DNA from: Deltaproteobacteria bacterium
GTDB lineage: Bacteria > Myxococcota_A > UBA9160 > SMWR01
Assembly (NCBI GenBank): GCA_032128115.1
Contig: JAQBHB010000041.1
Span: 32,001-96,000, forward strand
Length of the DNA: 64,000 bases
Direction: 5' to 3'
How positions within the stretch are numbered: position 1 is the first letter of the stretch; every line of letters begins with the position of its first letter. Under the pieces are notes generated by a model that made no database searches, was not told the origin of the DNA, and worked only from the letters and a program-made list of their open reading frames with translations. Below are positions 1 to 9,900 of the stretch, piece after piece. Both the position numbers and the translations under genes were made by a program.

Positions 1-404
1 CCCGGCCGGGGAACGAGTGATCCCCGGCCACCGCAGGCTACGCCAGCGCGGCGGCCGGGGATGCGCGCTCGTCAGCTGTCGGGGCCGTTTCGGGTTGCGA
101 CTGCCGCGCCGACAGGCCCAGTCCTGTCGCGGCTGCGACTCCTGCCAGACCCGCTCACCCGTACATGACCCCACTGACGGTCGCGCGTGGACTCGTCTCC
201 TCACGCGTCGGACGATCGCTTCGCCCGACGGGTGGACCACGAAACCGAACCGGCAGGACGCCGAGCGAGAACCAAAGCACCGTTCAGGGCTTTACTCACT
301 CCCAACGTCCGCACACTTTCCTTTATCAAGAATCGTGCCCACCGAAGAAACACCCATGAGCGGCTGCAATGCGATGAAATGGGGGTGCCGGCACCCATTA
401 CCGG

Positions 405-480
405 AGGAAAGGGCTTTCCCCTATTGGGAAAGTGGTTTCCCAGCGGGAAAGTGGTTTCCCAGCGCGGAAAAGACTTCACC
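405..480. repeat. Array of 4 palindromic GGAAA-N4-TTTCC units at about 20-bp period (possible operator array)
   Basis: aggaaa-gggc-tttccc (405), gggaaa-gtgg-tttccc (426 and 445), degenerate cggaaa-agac-ttcacc (465); ends 60 bp upstream of the GTG at 541. Confidence 0.7.
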
Positions 481-540
481 TCTGCTAGCGTCCGGCCGCC
501 AAATGAGCGGAACCCCCCCTGTTCCATGGAGGGATCTCCC

Positions 541-1050
541 GTGCGCAATTCCCAGATCATTCTCGTTGGCCTGATCGCCGCCGCAGCGGGCGCGGCACTG
601 CTGCCCATGTTTGCAGCGGCAGGCAATGGCCAGACCGTGATCCTGAGTCAGGTTCCCTTCGCCGAGAACGCCATGGTGCGTTCTGAGGTGCGCGACCAGT
701 GCCAGCTGGACTCCAAGGTGCCGGCGTACATCGTGCAGTCGGCGAGCGGCCAGATCATAACCGCCCACGAGCTTCCCGGGACCGGCCGGACGCTGGAGAT
801 CGAGATCGTGGATGCCGCCGAGCAGGGCAATGCCTTCACGGGTCGGGCCAAGAGCCTGACGCTCTCGGGCGAGCTTCGCGAAAAAGGCAAGGTCGTCGGA
901 AGTTTCCGAGCCCGACGCTCGACGACAGGCGGCGTCTTTGGCCAGTACAAGGGCAACTGCTCGTTCTTCTACCGCTGCGCCAAGACGCTGGGACGCGACG
1001 TGGCCCAGTGGCTGAACAATCCCACGATGAACGCGCGCATCGGCGAATAG
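541..1050 (+). CDS. Secreted hypothetical protein
   Basis: GGAGGG RBS then GTG at 541; signal-peptide-like N-terminus (RNSQIILVGLIAAAAGAALLPMFAAA); the upstream part of ORF 187..1050 runs through repeats and is probably not coding. Confidence 0.75.
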   Translation: MRNSQIILVGLIAAAAGAALLPMFAAAGNGQTVILSQVPFAENAMVRSEVRDQCQLDSKVPAYIVQSASGQIITAHELPGTGRTLEIEIVDAAEQGNAFTGRAKSLTLSGELREKGKVVGSFRARRSTTGGVFGQYKGNCSFFYRCAKTLGRDVAQWLNNPTMNARIGE

Positions 1051-1116
1051 GGCATCTGGACGACCAGAGCATCTGGACGGCTAGAGCGTCTGGACGACTA
1101 GAGCATCTGGGAGACT
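1049..1116. repeat. 17-bp degenerate tandem repeat x4 (AGAGCATCTGGACGACT)
   Basis: Units start at 1049, 1066, 1083 and 1100; begins within the TAG stop of the upstream CDS. Confidence 0.9.
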
Positions 1117-1142
1117 GGGGTTCCGGGCCCGCCCGGGCCGGA

Positions 1143-1952
1143 TCAGGCCTGTGGCGGCTCCCACACCAGCCGCGCCACGCCCCCATCCACCCGGACCTGT
1201 GGGGCTCGCGCCAGGCGCAGTCCGCGCCCATCGCTGCTGCGGCCGCTTTCCAGCCGGAACACGTATCCGTGCCACGGGCACCGGATGCAGCCTTCCTCGA
1301 TCACGGCATCGTCGAGGGGGCCCAGCCAGTGCGGACAGGTGCCCGCGTGGGCCATGAGCTCTCCTTCCACGTCGACCACTCGCCAGACGCGCCCCCGGAC
1401 CTCGACCCGCCGCGGAAGCTGATTGCGCAGGGCCTCCACCGGGCCCAGGTTGAATTCGTCCACACTCTCGCCGTCCGCGGGCGTCGTGTTCTCCAGGCCT
1501 GCCTGCCTATGGCGCATCATGGCCTCGTCCTCGTCCCAGAGCCGTTCGTAGAGGCGGGTGTAGCCGGCGCCCAGGATCTGGGCGCTGGCCGGCGCTACCT
1601 CCGGGAGGCGGAACTCCACCTCGATGCGAGTGCGGCCATCAGCCCCGGACTCGAGCCGCGTCCAGATCTCGGTGCCCCGCCCGGGTCCCTCCAGGGTTCG
1701 AACCACGTAGCGGGATTTCGGGCGATCCAGGATCAGCTCGATGGTGATCGGGTGGGCCGGATCGGCGGGCTGAAGGCCCACCCGCGCCCGCCATCCCCAG
1801 CGACCCGATTCGAGGCACTCGATGCTGGAGAAGCTGCTGGAGTGGAGCCAGGGCAGGTGCTCCCAGTCGAGCGCGTTCTCCCACACGCGTTCGAGGCAGG
1901 CCCGCAACTCGCGCCGGTAGACCGCGACTCTCACCAGTGAGGGGGACTCCAC
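1143..1952 (-). CDS. Rieske non-heme iron oxygenase-like protein with N-terminal catalytic (SRPBCC) domain and C-terminal Rieske [2Fe-2S] domain
   Basis: WENALDWEHLPWLH mononuclear-iron motif, LWDEDEAMM distal carboxylate, C-terminal CPH...CPWH; GGAGG RBS before GTG at 1952. Confidence 0.8.
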   Translation of the reverse strand: MESPSLVRVAVYRRELRACLERVWENALDWEHLPWLHSSSFSSIECLESGRWGWRARVGLQPADPAHPITIELILDRPKSRYVVRTLEGPGRGTEIWTRLESGADGRTRIEVEFRLPEVAPASAQILGAGYTRLYERLWDEDEAMMRHRQAGLENTTPADGESVDEFNLGPVEALRNQLPRRVEVRGRVWRVVDVEGELMAHAGTCPHWLGPLDDAVIEEGCIRCPWHGYVFRLESGRSSDGRGLRLARAPQVRVDGGVARLVWEPPQA

Positions 1953-2071
1953 CGCCGACCTCCGGCGGCAGCATAACCGAGCGCCCGTCCTACTTGACCC
2001 GGCCGGATCGAGCGTCCATAAATGCCCCACCAGGCCCCAGACAAGACCCCTGTCCACCGGGAGGGAGATCC

Positions 2072-2932
2072 ATGGCGGAGCGAAGTGTCGTGATCACGGG
2101 TGCGTCCACCGGCATTGGCCGGGCGGCCGCCTTGCACATGGATCGACAGGGATTCCAGGTGTTTGCGGGCGTGCGCCGCGACGAGGACGCCCGGGCCTTG
2201 CGCTCAGCGGCCTCGGCACGGCTCACGCCGCTGATGCTCGACGTCACCGATGCGACGGGGATCGAGGCAGCGGCGAAGAGCGTCGAGCAGGCGCTCGGCG
2301 CAGCCGGGCTCGGGGGTTTGGTCAACAACGCCGGGGTGGGTGTGACGGCGGTCCAGGAGTTCATCGACCTGGACGAGCTGCGCCGCCAGCTGGAGGTGAA
2401 CGTGGTGGGCCCGGTGGCAGTGACCCGCGCCTTCCTCCCGCTGCTTCGACTCGGCGGCGGCCGCGTGGTTCACGTGGGCTCGATGGGCGGCTACAACGCC
2501 GCGCCCTTCATGGGGCCCTACGCCGCATCGAAGTTCGCGATCGAGGCGCTCACGGACTCCCTGCGGCGCGAACTGCGCCCATGGGGCCTGGAGGTCGCGC
2601 TGATCGAGCCGGGCAGCATCGGGACCCCCATCTGGGACAAGGCCCAGTCCTACGCCGACGAAGTGCGCAAGGGGCTGTCCGAGCGAGCGCTCGATCTCTA
2701 CGGCGATCACCTGGACAAGATGGTGAAGTTCGCGGTGTCGGCCTCGCTGCGCGCGATCCCCGCCGAGAAGGTGGCCGAGGCGATCCACCACGCGCTCACC
2801 TCCCCGCGCCCGAGAACCCGTTATCGGGTCGGTTTCGACGCCAAGCTGGTGAAGTTCCTCACCCGCGTGCTTCCCGACCGGGCGATCGACGCCCTGGTGG
2901 CCAGGATGATCGGCATGCCGAAGGGCGGCTGA
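2072..2932 (+). CDS. Short-chain dehydrogenase/reductase
   Basis: TGASTGIG, NNAG and YAASK motifs; GGAGGGAG RBS. Confidence 0.93.
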   Translation: MAERSVVITGASTGIGRAAALHMDRQGFQVFAGVRRDEDARALRSAASARLTPLMLDVTDATGIEAAAKSVEQALGAAGLGGLVNNAGVGVTAVQEFIDLDELRRQLEVNVVGPVAVTRAFLPLLRLGGGRVVHVGSMGGYNAAPFMGPYAASKFAIEALTDSLRRELRPWGLEVALIEPGSIGTPIWDKAQSYADEVRKGLSERALDLYGDHLDKMVKFAVSASLRAIPAEKVAEAIHHALTSPRPRTRYRVGFDAKLVKFLTRVLPDRAIDALVARMIGMPKGG

Positions 2933-2969
2933 GTTCGCTCCGAACTCGCCCCGGAGGCGCCCGCAAGCA

Positions 2970-2985
2970 TGTGACCTGGATCACA
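2970..2985. promoter_or_regulatory. CRP-family binding site (perfect TGTGA-N6-TCACA)
   Basis: tgtga-cctgga-tcaca, intergenic, 93 bp upstream of the ATG at 3079. Confidence 0.7.
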
Positions 2986-3016
2986 AGAATTGTGGGGATA
3001 CCGACCCATTGAGGGT

Positions 3017-3044
3017 TCAAGCTGCCGGCCTGCCGCTCCGATCG
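3017..3044 (+). promoter_or_regulatory. Sigma28 (FliA/WhiG)-like promoter
   Basis: TCAAG-N15-TCCGATCG; the same architecture recurs at 19384 and at 26728 on the minus strand. Confidence 0.5.
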
Positions 3045-3078
3045 GTAGGTCCCCACCTTTTCGGGGGGAGGTTTCGCC

Positions 3079-4497
3079 ATGGATTCGATCTATTTCTGGC
3101 CGGACAATCCGGCGGCTTCGATCTGCGCACTGGCCGGGATCAGCATGATCTTCCTGTGGGCGGCTCGGGAGCCCATGCTCCAGATGCTGCGAAGCCTGGG
3201 GAAGGGACTCGAGAGCGGTCTGCGGGCGGTGGCCCGATGGTGCGCAGAGACGGCCGAGAACCTGCAGCGCCGCAGTACCGAGGCCCTGCTGGCCGCCGGC
3301 GAGCTCGAGCTCAACGGCAAGGTCGAGCGCGAGCTCCAGAAGATCGATGGCAGCTTCGCCCAGAAGGTCGGCCAGTATTCCACGCTCCACCGGCGACTCG
3401 ACGATCTGCTCAACCACCTGGACACGGACTACAAGAACTGCGGCGACTCGCCGCCGGACGTGCCGGGTTGGGCACCCGCGGTGGAAGCCGTGGCCAACAT
3501 CCCGGCCGCCGCCGACCCCAACGTGAAGAAGGTGTTGGAGGGGATCCAGGGCTCCCTGGAGGACGCCGGGAAGAAGGCCCTCAAGAATTATCGCGACGAG
3601 AGCTCCAAGCGGCACGGTCTGCTGAACAAGATGCGGCCGGACTGGAAGGAGGTTCGCGGCTTGATGGCGCGCATGCAGGACATGGCCGCCAAGGCGCTCC
3701 AGATCACCGGAAAGATCGATCGCTTCGTGGACGAGTACGCGCAGGTCCTCAAGGACCGCGACTCGGCCGCCAAGGCGCTCACGTACTCGGCGTTCAAGCC
3801 CTTCATCATCTCGCTGATCGTGATGGGCGTGGCGCTTGGGGGCGCCTTCATCAACTTCCAGCTGATCGCCCTCCCCATGTCGGAGTTGGTGCCCGCGGGC
3901 GCCCGGATCGGCGGGCTCCCGGTCTCCACGGTCTCGGCCCTGGTAATCGTTCTGATGGAGGCGGCCCTCGGAATCTTCCTGATGGACATGCTGGGCATTA
4001 CCGACCTGTTTCCGAAGCTCAGCGCGGTGGCGCCTTCGCGGCGCCGGCTGATCCTGTGGATGGCGACCCTGGGCCTGTTCTTCCTGGCGTCGGTGGAGAG
4101 CTCGCTGGCGATCCTGCGCGAGCAGATCGTCGAGGCCGATGCATTCCTCAAGCTGTCGTTGGCTGGCGTGGAGAACAACGTTGTGGCGCGGCCCACCTCT
4201 TCGTCGATTCCCGTCATCGGGCAGGCGGTGCTTGGCTTCGTGCTGCCCTGGATCCTGTCCATGGTGGCGATTCCGCTGGAGATGTTCCTGGACAGTGGCC
4301 GTCACGTATTGGCGCGGGCCTCGGTGTTCGCGCTCCACCTGGTGGGTCACGTGATGACGATTGCAGCGCACCTGGCCAAGTACCTGACGAGCGCGATCCC
4401 CAGCATCTACGACGTGTACGTGGCTCTCCCCCTGCGCATCGAGCGGATGATCCGAAAGGCGGACCCGGTGAGCATCGACGACGCGGAGGTGGCGTGA
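3079..4497 (+). CDS. Uncharacterised membrane protein (N-terminal TM, long helical/coiled-coil region, multi-TM C-terminus)
   Basis: 472-aa ORF, GGAGG RBS, hydrophobic segments; TGATG overlap with the next gene. Confidence 0.85.
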   Translation: MDSIYFWPDNPAASICALAGISMIFLWAAREPMLQMLRSLGKGLESGLRAVARWCAETAENLQRRSTEALLAAGELELNGKVERELQKIDGSFAQKVGQYSTLHRRLDDLLNHLDTDYKNCGDSPPDVPGWAPAVEAVANIPAAADPNVKKVLEGIQGSLEDAGKKALKNYRDESSKRHGLLNKMRPDWKEVRGLMARMQDMAAKALQITGKIDRFVDEYAQVLKDRDSAAKALTYSAFKPFIISLIVMGVALGGAFINFQLIALPMSELVPAGARIGGLPVSTVSALVIVLMEAALGIFLMDMLGITDLFPKLSAVAPSRRRLILWMATLGLFFLASVESSLAILREQIVEADAFLKLSLAGVENNVVARPTSSSIPVIGQAVLGFVLPWILSMVAIPLEMFLDSGRHVLARASVFALHLVGHVMTIAAHLAKYLTSAIPSIYDVYVALPLRIERMIRKADPVSIDDAEVA

Positions 4498-5153
4498 TGA
4501 AGCGGGTTCTCGTCTCCCTTGCACTGGGTCTCGCCGTGCTGGGCTGCGACTCGCGCCGATACGACCAGGCGATCGGTGTACTGATCGACGTGTCGGGAAC
4601 CTATTCGGACCAGCGCGCCGAGACGGTCAACGTGATCAAGCGCGAGGTCCTTCCGCACATGGTGCCCGGCGATACCCTGCTGGTGGTTCGCATCGACAGT
4701 GAGAGCTACGACCAGGAGAACGTGGAAGCCCTGCTCACCCTGGACCACCGGCCCTCCCACGCCAACGCCCAGAAGCTGGCCATGGCCCACAAGCTCGACG
4801 CCTTCGCCAAACAGCCGGTGAACGCGCGTCACACGGACATCCCGGGCGCCATGATGTTGACGTCGGAATACCTGAACGAGATCGGCAGTGGGAGCCGCGT
4901 GATGCTGATCTTCAGCGACATGCAAGAGGATCTGCCTCCGGGCTCCAAGCGCGACCTGACGTCCGACGAGCTGCAGGGGACCCACGTGGTGGCCATGAAC
5001 GTGAAGCGCCTCCAGCACGACACCGTCGACCCGGCGGTATTCCGCGATCGCCTGGAAACCTGGGGAGAACGGGTGACGGCAGCGGGCGCGGTCGAGTGGC
5101 GCACGTTCATGGACGCGACAAAGCTTCCGGACTATCTGGCGACGATCCGGTAG
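4497..5153 (+). CDS. VWA-domain lipoprotein
   Basis: Lipobox-like AVLGC, MIDAS-like DVSGT, TDI and IFSDM motifs; coupled to the upstream gene. Confidence 0.8.
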   Translation: MKRVLVSLALGLAVLGCDSRRYDQAIGVLIDVSGTYSDQRAETVNVIKREVLPHMVPGDTLLVVRIDSESYDQENVEALLTLDHRPSHANAQKLAMAHKLDAFAKQPVNARHTDIPGAMMLTSEYLNEIGSGSRVMLIFSDMQEDLPPGSKRDLTSDELQGTHVVAMNVKRLQHDTVDPAVFRDRLETWGERVTAAGAVEWRTFMDATKLPDYLATIR

Positions 5154-5189
5154 TTCGCGGTCGTCACGCGCGGATTCGGCGCCTGTCGA

Positions 5190-6848
5190 TCAGCCGTTCC
5201 AGCGCTTCGCTTCTTCGATCATGTGGTTGGCGACGCGGTATGCGTTGGCAAGGATGGTGAGGGTGGGGTTGTAACCGCCCGACGTGGGGAAGCAGCTCCC
5301 GTCCACCACCCACAGATTCGGTACGTCGTGGGCCCGGCACCAGCGGTCGAGCACCGATCTGGTGGGATCGTCGCCCATGCGGCACGTGCCGTGCACGTGG
5401 GCGCTGCCCTTCATGGCCGTCTGCTCGTCGATCCGGGTCACGCCCGGAATCTGGAGCAGCCACTTGCGGGAGGCTCCGCAGGCGTCTGCCAGGTCCGGCA
5501 GCTGCTCCGCGTACCAGCGATTCATGGCGATGTCGTTCGGGTGCTGGCGGTGGGTGATGCGCGCCACCGGCAGGCCGTCCGCATCCACCACCTCGGGATC
5601 CAGATCGACCCGGTTCTCCGGCATGGGTAGATCCTCGAGAATGCTCCCGATGGTGATGGCCCGCGGGAAATCGCGCAGGAATCGCTTGAGATCTGCCCCC
5701 CAGCTTCGGGTGAGTTCCGGATCGCCCTGGTTGCTCAGGGCGTAGACGATGGGCTGGCGCGTGAAGGAGTTCACCTCGGCCACGACCCCGCCGCGGATGA
5801 AGCCTCGGCTGGCGTCGCTGGGATGGAAGTCGTCGATGGCGCGATAGGCCTCGATTCCGGTGACACCCAGGGCAGGTTCGTCCACCAGGAATCGTATGGC
5901 GGCGTGGTGGTGCAGCATCAGGTTCCGGCCCACGAGACCACTCGAATTGGCGAGGCCCTCTGGAAACGATCCCGACCGGGACGAAAGCAACAGGAGCGGC
6001 GACCCGATGGCGCTGCAGGCGACCACCACCCGCCGCGCCCGCACCTCGTGGAGGTTGCCGTTCGCGTCCAGGTAACGCGCACCCCGAACGCGACCGTCCC
6101 CAGCGACTGGAAGATCGAAGACCCTGGCGTTGGGACGCAGGTCCAGCCGGCCGGTGGCCCGGGCGCGCGGCAGGCAGACCGACAGGGTCGAGGCCTTGGC
6201 GTGGATGGCGCACCCGTAGCCCTGGCATGCGCCGCCATAGCTGCAACCGCTGCGTCCCTGGTAGTTCGACGGGTTGATGGCGACGGGAAGCGGAAACGGG
6301 TGGTGGCCCAGCGCGCGCGCGCCTCGTTCGAAGATCCGGCTGGAAATGCGCTCCGGATGGGGCGCGTGGGGATACTCGGCCGCCTGGGGTGGTGCGAATG
6401 GATTGGCGCCGCGCCGGCCCGCCACACCGAAATCGCGCTCGGCGCGCGCATACCCGGGCTCGAGTTCGTCGTAGCCAAGGGGCCAATCGGCCAGGCTCGC
6501 GCCAGACACCGGCCCTTCGCTCGAGAGCACCCGGAAATCGTCCTCGCGGAATCGCCACGACCAGCCCGACCAGCGGGTCATGCTGCCCCCCACCGCGTGG
6601 GCGAGCTGGTTGTAGCGGCCGGGCACGGCGGGCTCGCCCGGGTCGTGGCGATAGGTCTCGAGCTGATCCGGGGCAAAGAGCCGATCGCGGACGATGACCT
6701 CGAGCTCGTCATCCACGAACTGGCTGCTGGAGAGTTCGGGTCCGCGCTGCAGGGCCACCACCCGGAATCCCGCCTCCGCGAGCTCCTGGATCATCACACC
6801 GCCGCCCGCGCCGGTTCCGATCACGCAGACGTCGAACTCGGCCCGCAC
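5190..6848 (-). CDS. GMC family oxidoreductase
   Basis: VIGTGAGGG FAD motif, AVGGS, HVHGTCRMG, NPTLTI; GGAGG RBS before GTG at 6848. Confidence 0.92.
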   Translation of the reverse strand: MRAEFDVCVIGTGAGGGVMIQELAEAGFRVVALQRGPELSSSQFVDDELEVIVRDRLFAPDQLETYRHDPGEPAVPGRYNQLAHAVGGSMTRWSGWSWRFREDDFRVLSSEGPVSGASLADWPLGYDELEPGYARAERDFGVAGRRGANPFAPPQAAEYPHAPHPERISSRIFERGARALGHHPFPLPVAINPSNYQGRSGCSYGGACQGYGCAIHAKASTLSVCLPRARATGRLDLRPNARVFDLPVAGDGRVRGARYLDANGNLHEVRARRVVVACSAIGSPLLLLSSRSGSFPEGLANSSGLVGRNLMLHHHAAIRFLVDEPALGVTGIEAYRAIDDFHPSDASRGFIRGGVVAEVNSFTRQPIVYALSNQGDPELTRSWGADLKRFLRDFPRAITIGSILEDLPMPENRVDLDPEVVDADGLPVARITHRQHPNDIAMNRWYAEQLPDLADACGASRKWLLQIPGVTRIDEQTAMKGSAHVHGTCRMGDDPTRSVLDRWCRAHDVPNLWVVDGSCFPTSGGYNPTLTILANAYRVANHMIEEAKRWNG

Positions 6849-6927
6849 GCCCGTAACCCCTCCTCCGGACTCGCCCGCGGCACCGGGGTCCGGATAAGAT
6901 GAAAGTCTACATGAGAAGCACGCTCCC

Positions 6928-9900
6928 ATGACCCTTCGCTGCCCCGCCTGCGACCACGAGAACCGATCGGGCCGTCGCTTCTGCACCGAGTGCGGCTCGG
7001 GTCTCCCCCACCCGTGTCCGGCGTGCGGCGCCGAGAACGAGACCCGCGACAAATTCTGCGGCCAGTGCGGAGCGGCGCTCGTCGCGGGTCGGACCTACGC
7101 AGCGCCGACCTCCGCCGAGGCGGCGCCCGCCCCTCGCGACTACACCCCCCGGCACCTGGCCGAGAAGATTCTCACTTCGAAGAGTTCCCTGGAAGGCGAG
7201 CGCAAGAACGTCACGGTGCTCTTCGCCGACGTGGCCGGCTACACCTCGATTGCCGAGGCCTCGGACCCGGAAGCCATGCACGCGCTCATGGATCGCTTCT
7301 TCCAGCGCGTGCTGGCCGAGGTACACCGGGTCGAAGGCACGGTAAACCAGTTCACCGGCGACGGTGTGATGGCGCTGTTCGGGGCGCCGATTGCCCTGGA
7401 AGACGCGCCGCGGCGCGCCGTGTTGGCCGCCCGCGCAATCCAGCGGGCCATCGAGCCCCTGGGCGACGAAGTCCGCGAACGCCTGGGTGTGGACTTCCGC
7501 GTGCGCATCGGGATCCACACCGGGCCGGTGGTGGTGGGGCGCATCGGCGACGACCTGCGCATGGACTACACGGCTGTGGGGGATACCACGAACCTGGCCG
7601 CACGCCTGCAGCAGTTGGCCGAACCCGGCGCGATCTTGATCTCCAGGGCCACCCAGCAACGGGTCGACCCGTTCTTCGAATTGACCGACCTGGGAGAGCT
7701 GGCCGTGAAGGGCAAGGCGCAACCGGTTCGCGCCTTCCAGGTCGGGGCCGAACGCCCGGTGAGCGGTCGCGTGGAAGCGGGCGCCGGCGCGGGCCTCACG
7801 CCGCTGGTGGGGCGCGAGCGCGATCTGGCGACCGTGGCGTCGGCCTTCGACGCCGCCAGGAGCGGACGCGGCCAGGTGGCATTCCTGGTGGGCGACGCGG
7901 GCATCGGAAAATCGCGTCTTCTCTACGAGTTCCGGAGTCGGCTGGCCGATCGACCCCACACCTGGTTCGAGGGACGCTGCGCGGCGTACGCGCGAGCCAG
8001 CGCCTTCCAGCCCGTCGTGGACGGCCTGAAGCGACTCTTCGGAATCGAAGACCGCGACGACGACGCCAGCATGCTCGCCAAGATCGATGACGGCATCGCG
8101 GCGGCACCCGGCGAACTGGCCTGGACGATCCCATTCGTGCGCGTGCTGCTCTCGCTACCCGCCGGGGATCCCGCCGTCGAAGCCATGGACGCCGCCGGAC
8201 GCCGCAGCGAGAGCATCCGCGCGTTGTACGCCTTCTTCTTCGCCTACGCTGAGGCCGCCCCCCTGGTGTTCGTGATCGAGGACCTGCACTGGATCGACCC
8301 GGCGTCCGAGGAATTCCTGGGCTTCCTGTCGGATTCGCTGCCAGCCTCCAAGGTGCTCGCGGTCTACACCCACCGCCCGGGCTATCGCCACCCCCTCGGT
8401 GACCGCAGCTACCACGTGCGGGTGGCGTTGCAGCCGCTCTCGACCCACGAGATGACGACCATGGCCGGAGTCCTGATGGAATCGGGAAGGCTTCCGGAGG
8501 CGCTGGGGGAGTTGATCGCCTCCAAGGCCGAGGGAAATCCATTCTTCGTCGAAGAAGTCACCAAGTCGCTGCTTGACGACGGGGCTGTTCGCATCGTCGA
8601 CGGCAGAGTCGAGCTGGCGCGCGATCTCTCGGAGATCTCGGTGCCTGACAGCATTCACGACGTCTTGATGGCGCGAATCGACCGACTGTCCGACGAGCCC
8701 AAGCACGCCATCCAGGTGGCCTCCGTCATCGGTCGCGAGTTTGCCCTGCGCCTGCTGCAGCGCATCACCGACGCAGGCGACGCGGCGTCGGCGGCGGTAG
8801 AGGAGCTGCGCTCGCTCGAGCTGATCTACGAGAAAGCGGCGCACCCGGAACTGGCGTTCATGTTCAAGCACGCGCTCACCCACGACGTGGCGTACGAGAG
8901 TGTCCTGGTCCAGCGGCGGCGGGCCCTGCACCAGATCGTGGGGACCGCCATCGAGGACCTCTACCAGGATCGCCTGGCCGAACACTACGAATCGCTGGCG
9001 CACCACTTCGCCCGGGCCGAAGACTGGGAGCGGGCGTTCCTCTACCACGGGCAGGCCGCCGAGAAGGCCGCCGCCGCCTACGCGAACCATTCGGCGGCCG
9101 AGCACTACCGGGAGGCCCTGGCCATCGCCGGGCGCCTGGGCGACAGCGTGTCCCGATCGCTTCTGCAACGGCTGAGCGAGGGGCTGGGCAGCGTGCTGTG
9201 GCTGCTGTCGTATTTCGATCAATCGGGCGATGCCCAGCTGCGCTCCGCCGAGTGGGCCGACAACCCTGCGACGCGCGCCCGGAACCTGGCCTGGGCAGGC
9301 CACGGGAAACTCTGGGGCCACGACTACGCCGAGGCTCGCGCGTGCGCCGAGCGTGCCATCGAAGTCTCCCGCGAACACGACCTGCCCGGCGCCCATGCCC
9401 TGGCCCTCGCCTGTCTGGACGAAGACGACCTGGTGCACGGGCGCGTCACCGACGACTCGCTGGCGGCCGAGGCCATGCGCCTGGCGGAGATCTCGGGCGA
9501 CCCGGAGGCCCGGATCCTGGCCCTGCAGCAGATGTTGCAGCGCCTGGAGTGGCGGGGGGAATTCCGCGAGGCCCTGAAGGTGGGCAAAGCCGCCATCGCC
9601 ATCGCGCAGGAAAAGCGGCTCAGTACCCTTGCAGTGTTTCCGTCGTGGTTCTGCGGGCTCGCACTCACCTGCCTGGGCGATTACGGAACGGCGCTCGAGT
9701 GGATGCAGGGTTCGCTGGACGTGTGCGGGCGCCTGGGCGACCGCGCACTCTCGGCGCGGGTGCTCAATACCCTGGGCTGGTGCTATGCGGAGTTCGGCGC
9801 ACACGATCGCGCCAGCGAGTTCAACCGCCGCGGCGAGGAGATGGCCCGCGAGATCGTAGAGCTACAGGTGGTGGCGAGCGCTCCGGAGCTCCACGCCAAC

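Noticed and set aside
1..360. Structured ncRNA or short CDS at the window start
   Set aside because: Several GC-rich hairpins are present but match no family I can recognise, and the upstream context is cut off.
1049..1116. CRISPR array (also considered for 405-480 and 29181-29232)
   Set aside because: Units are contiguous and 13-21 bp long, with no unique spacers, and there are no cas genes.
3009..4496. Long N-terminal extensions in the ORF track (3009..5153, 40093..42270, 44976..47129, 32543..34330)
   Set aside because: They overlap real genes in other frames. Better starts exist downstream, mostly supported by an RBS or stop-start coupling.
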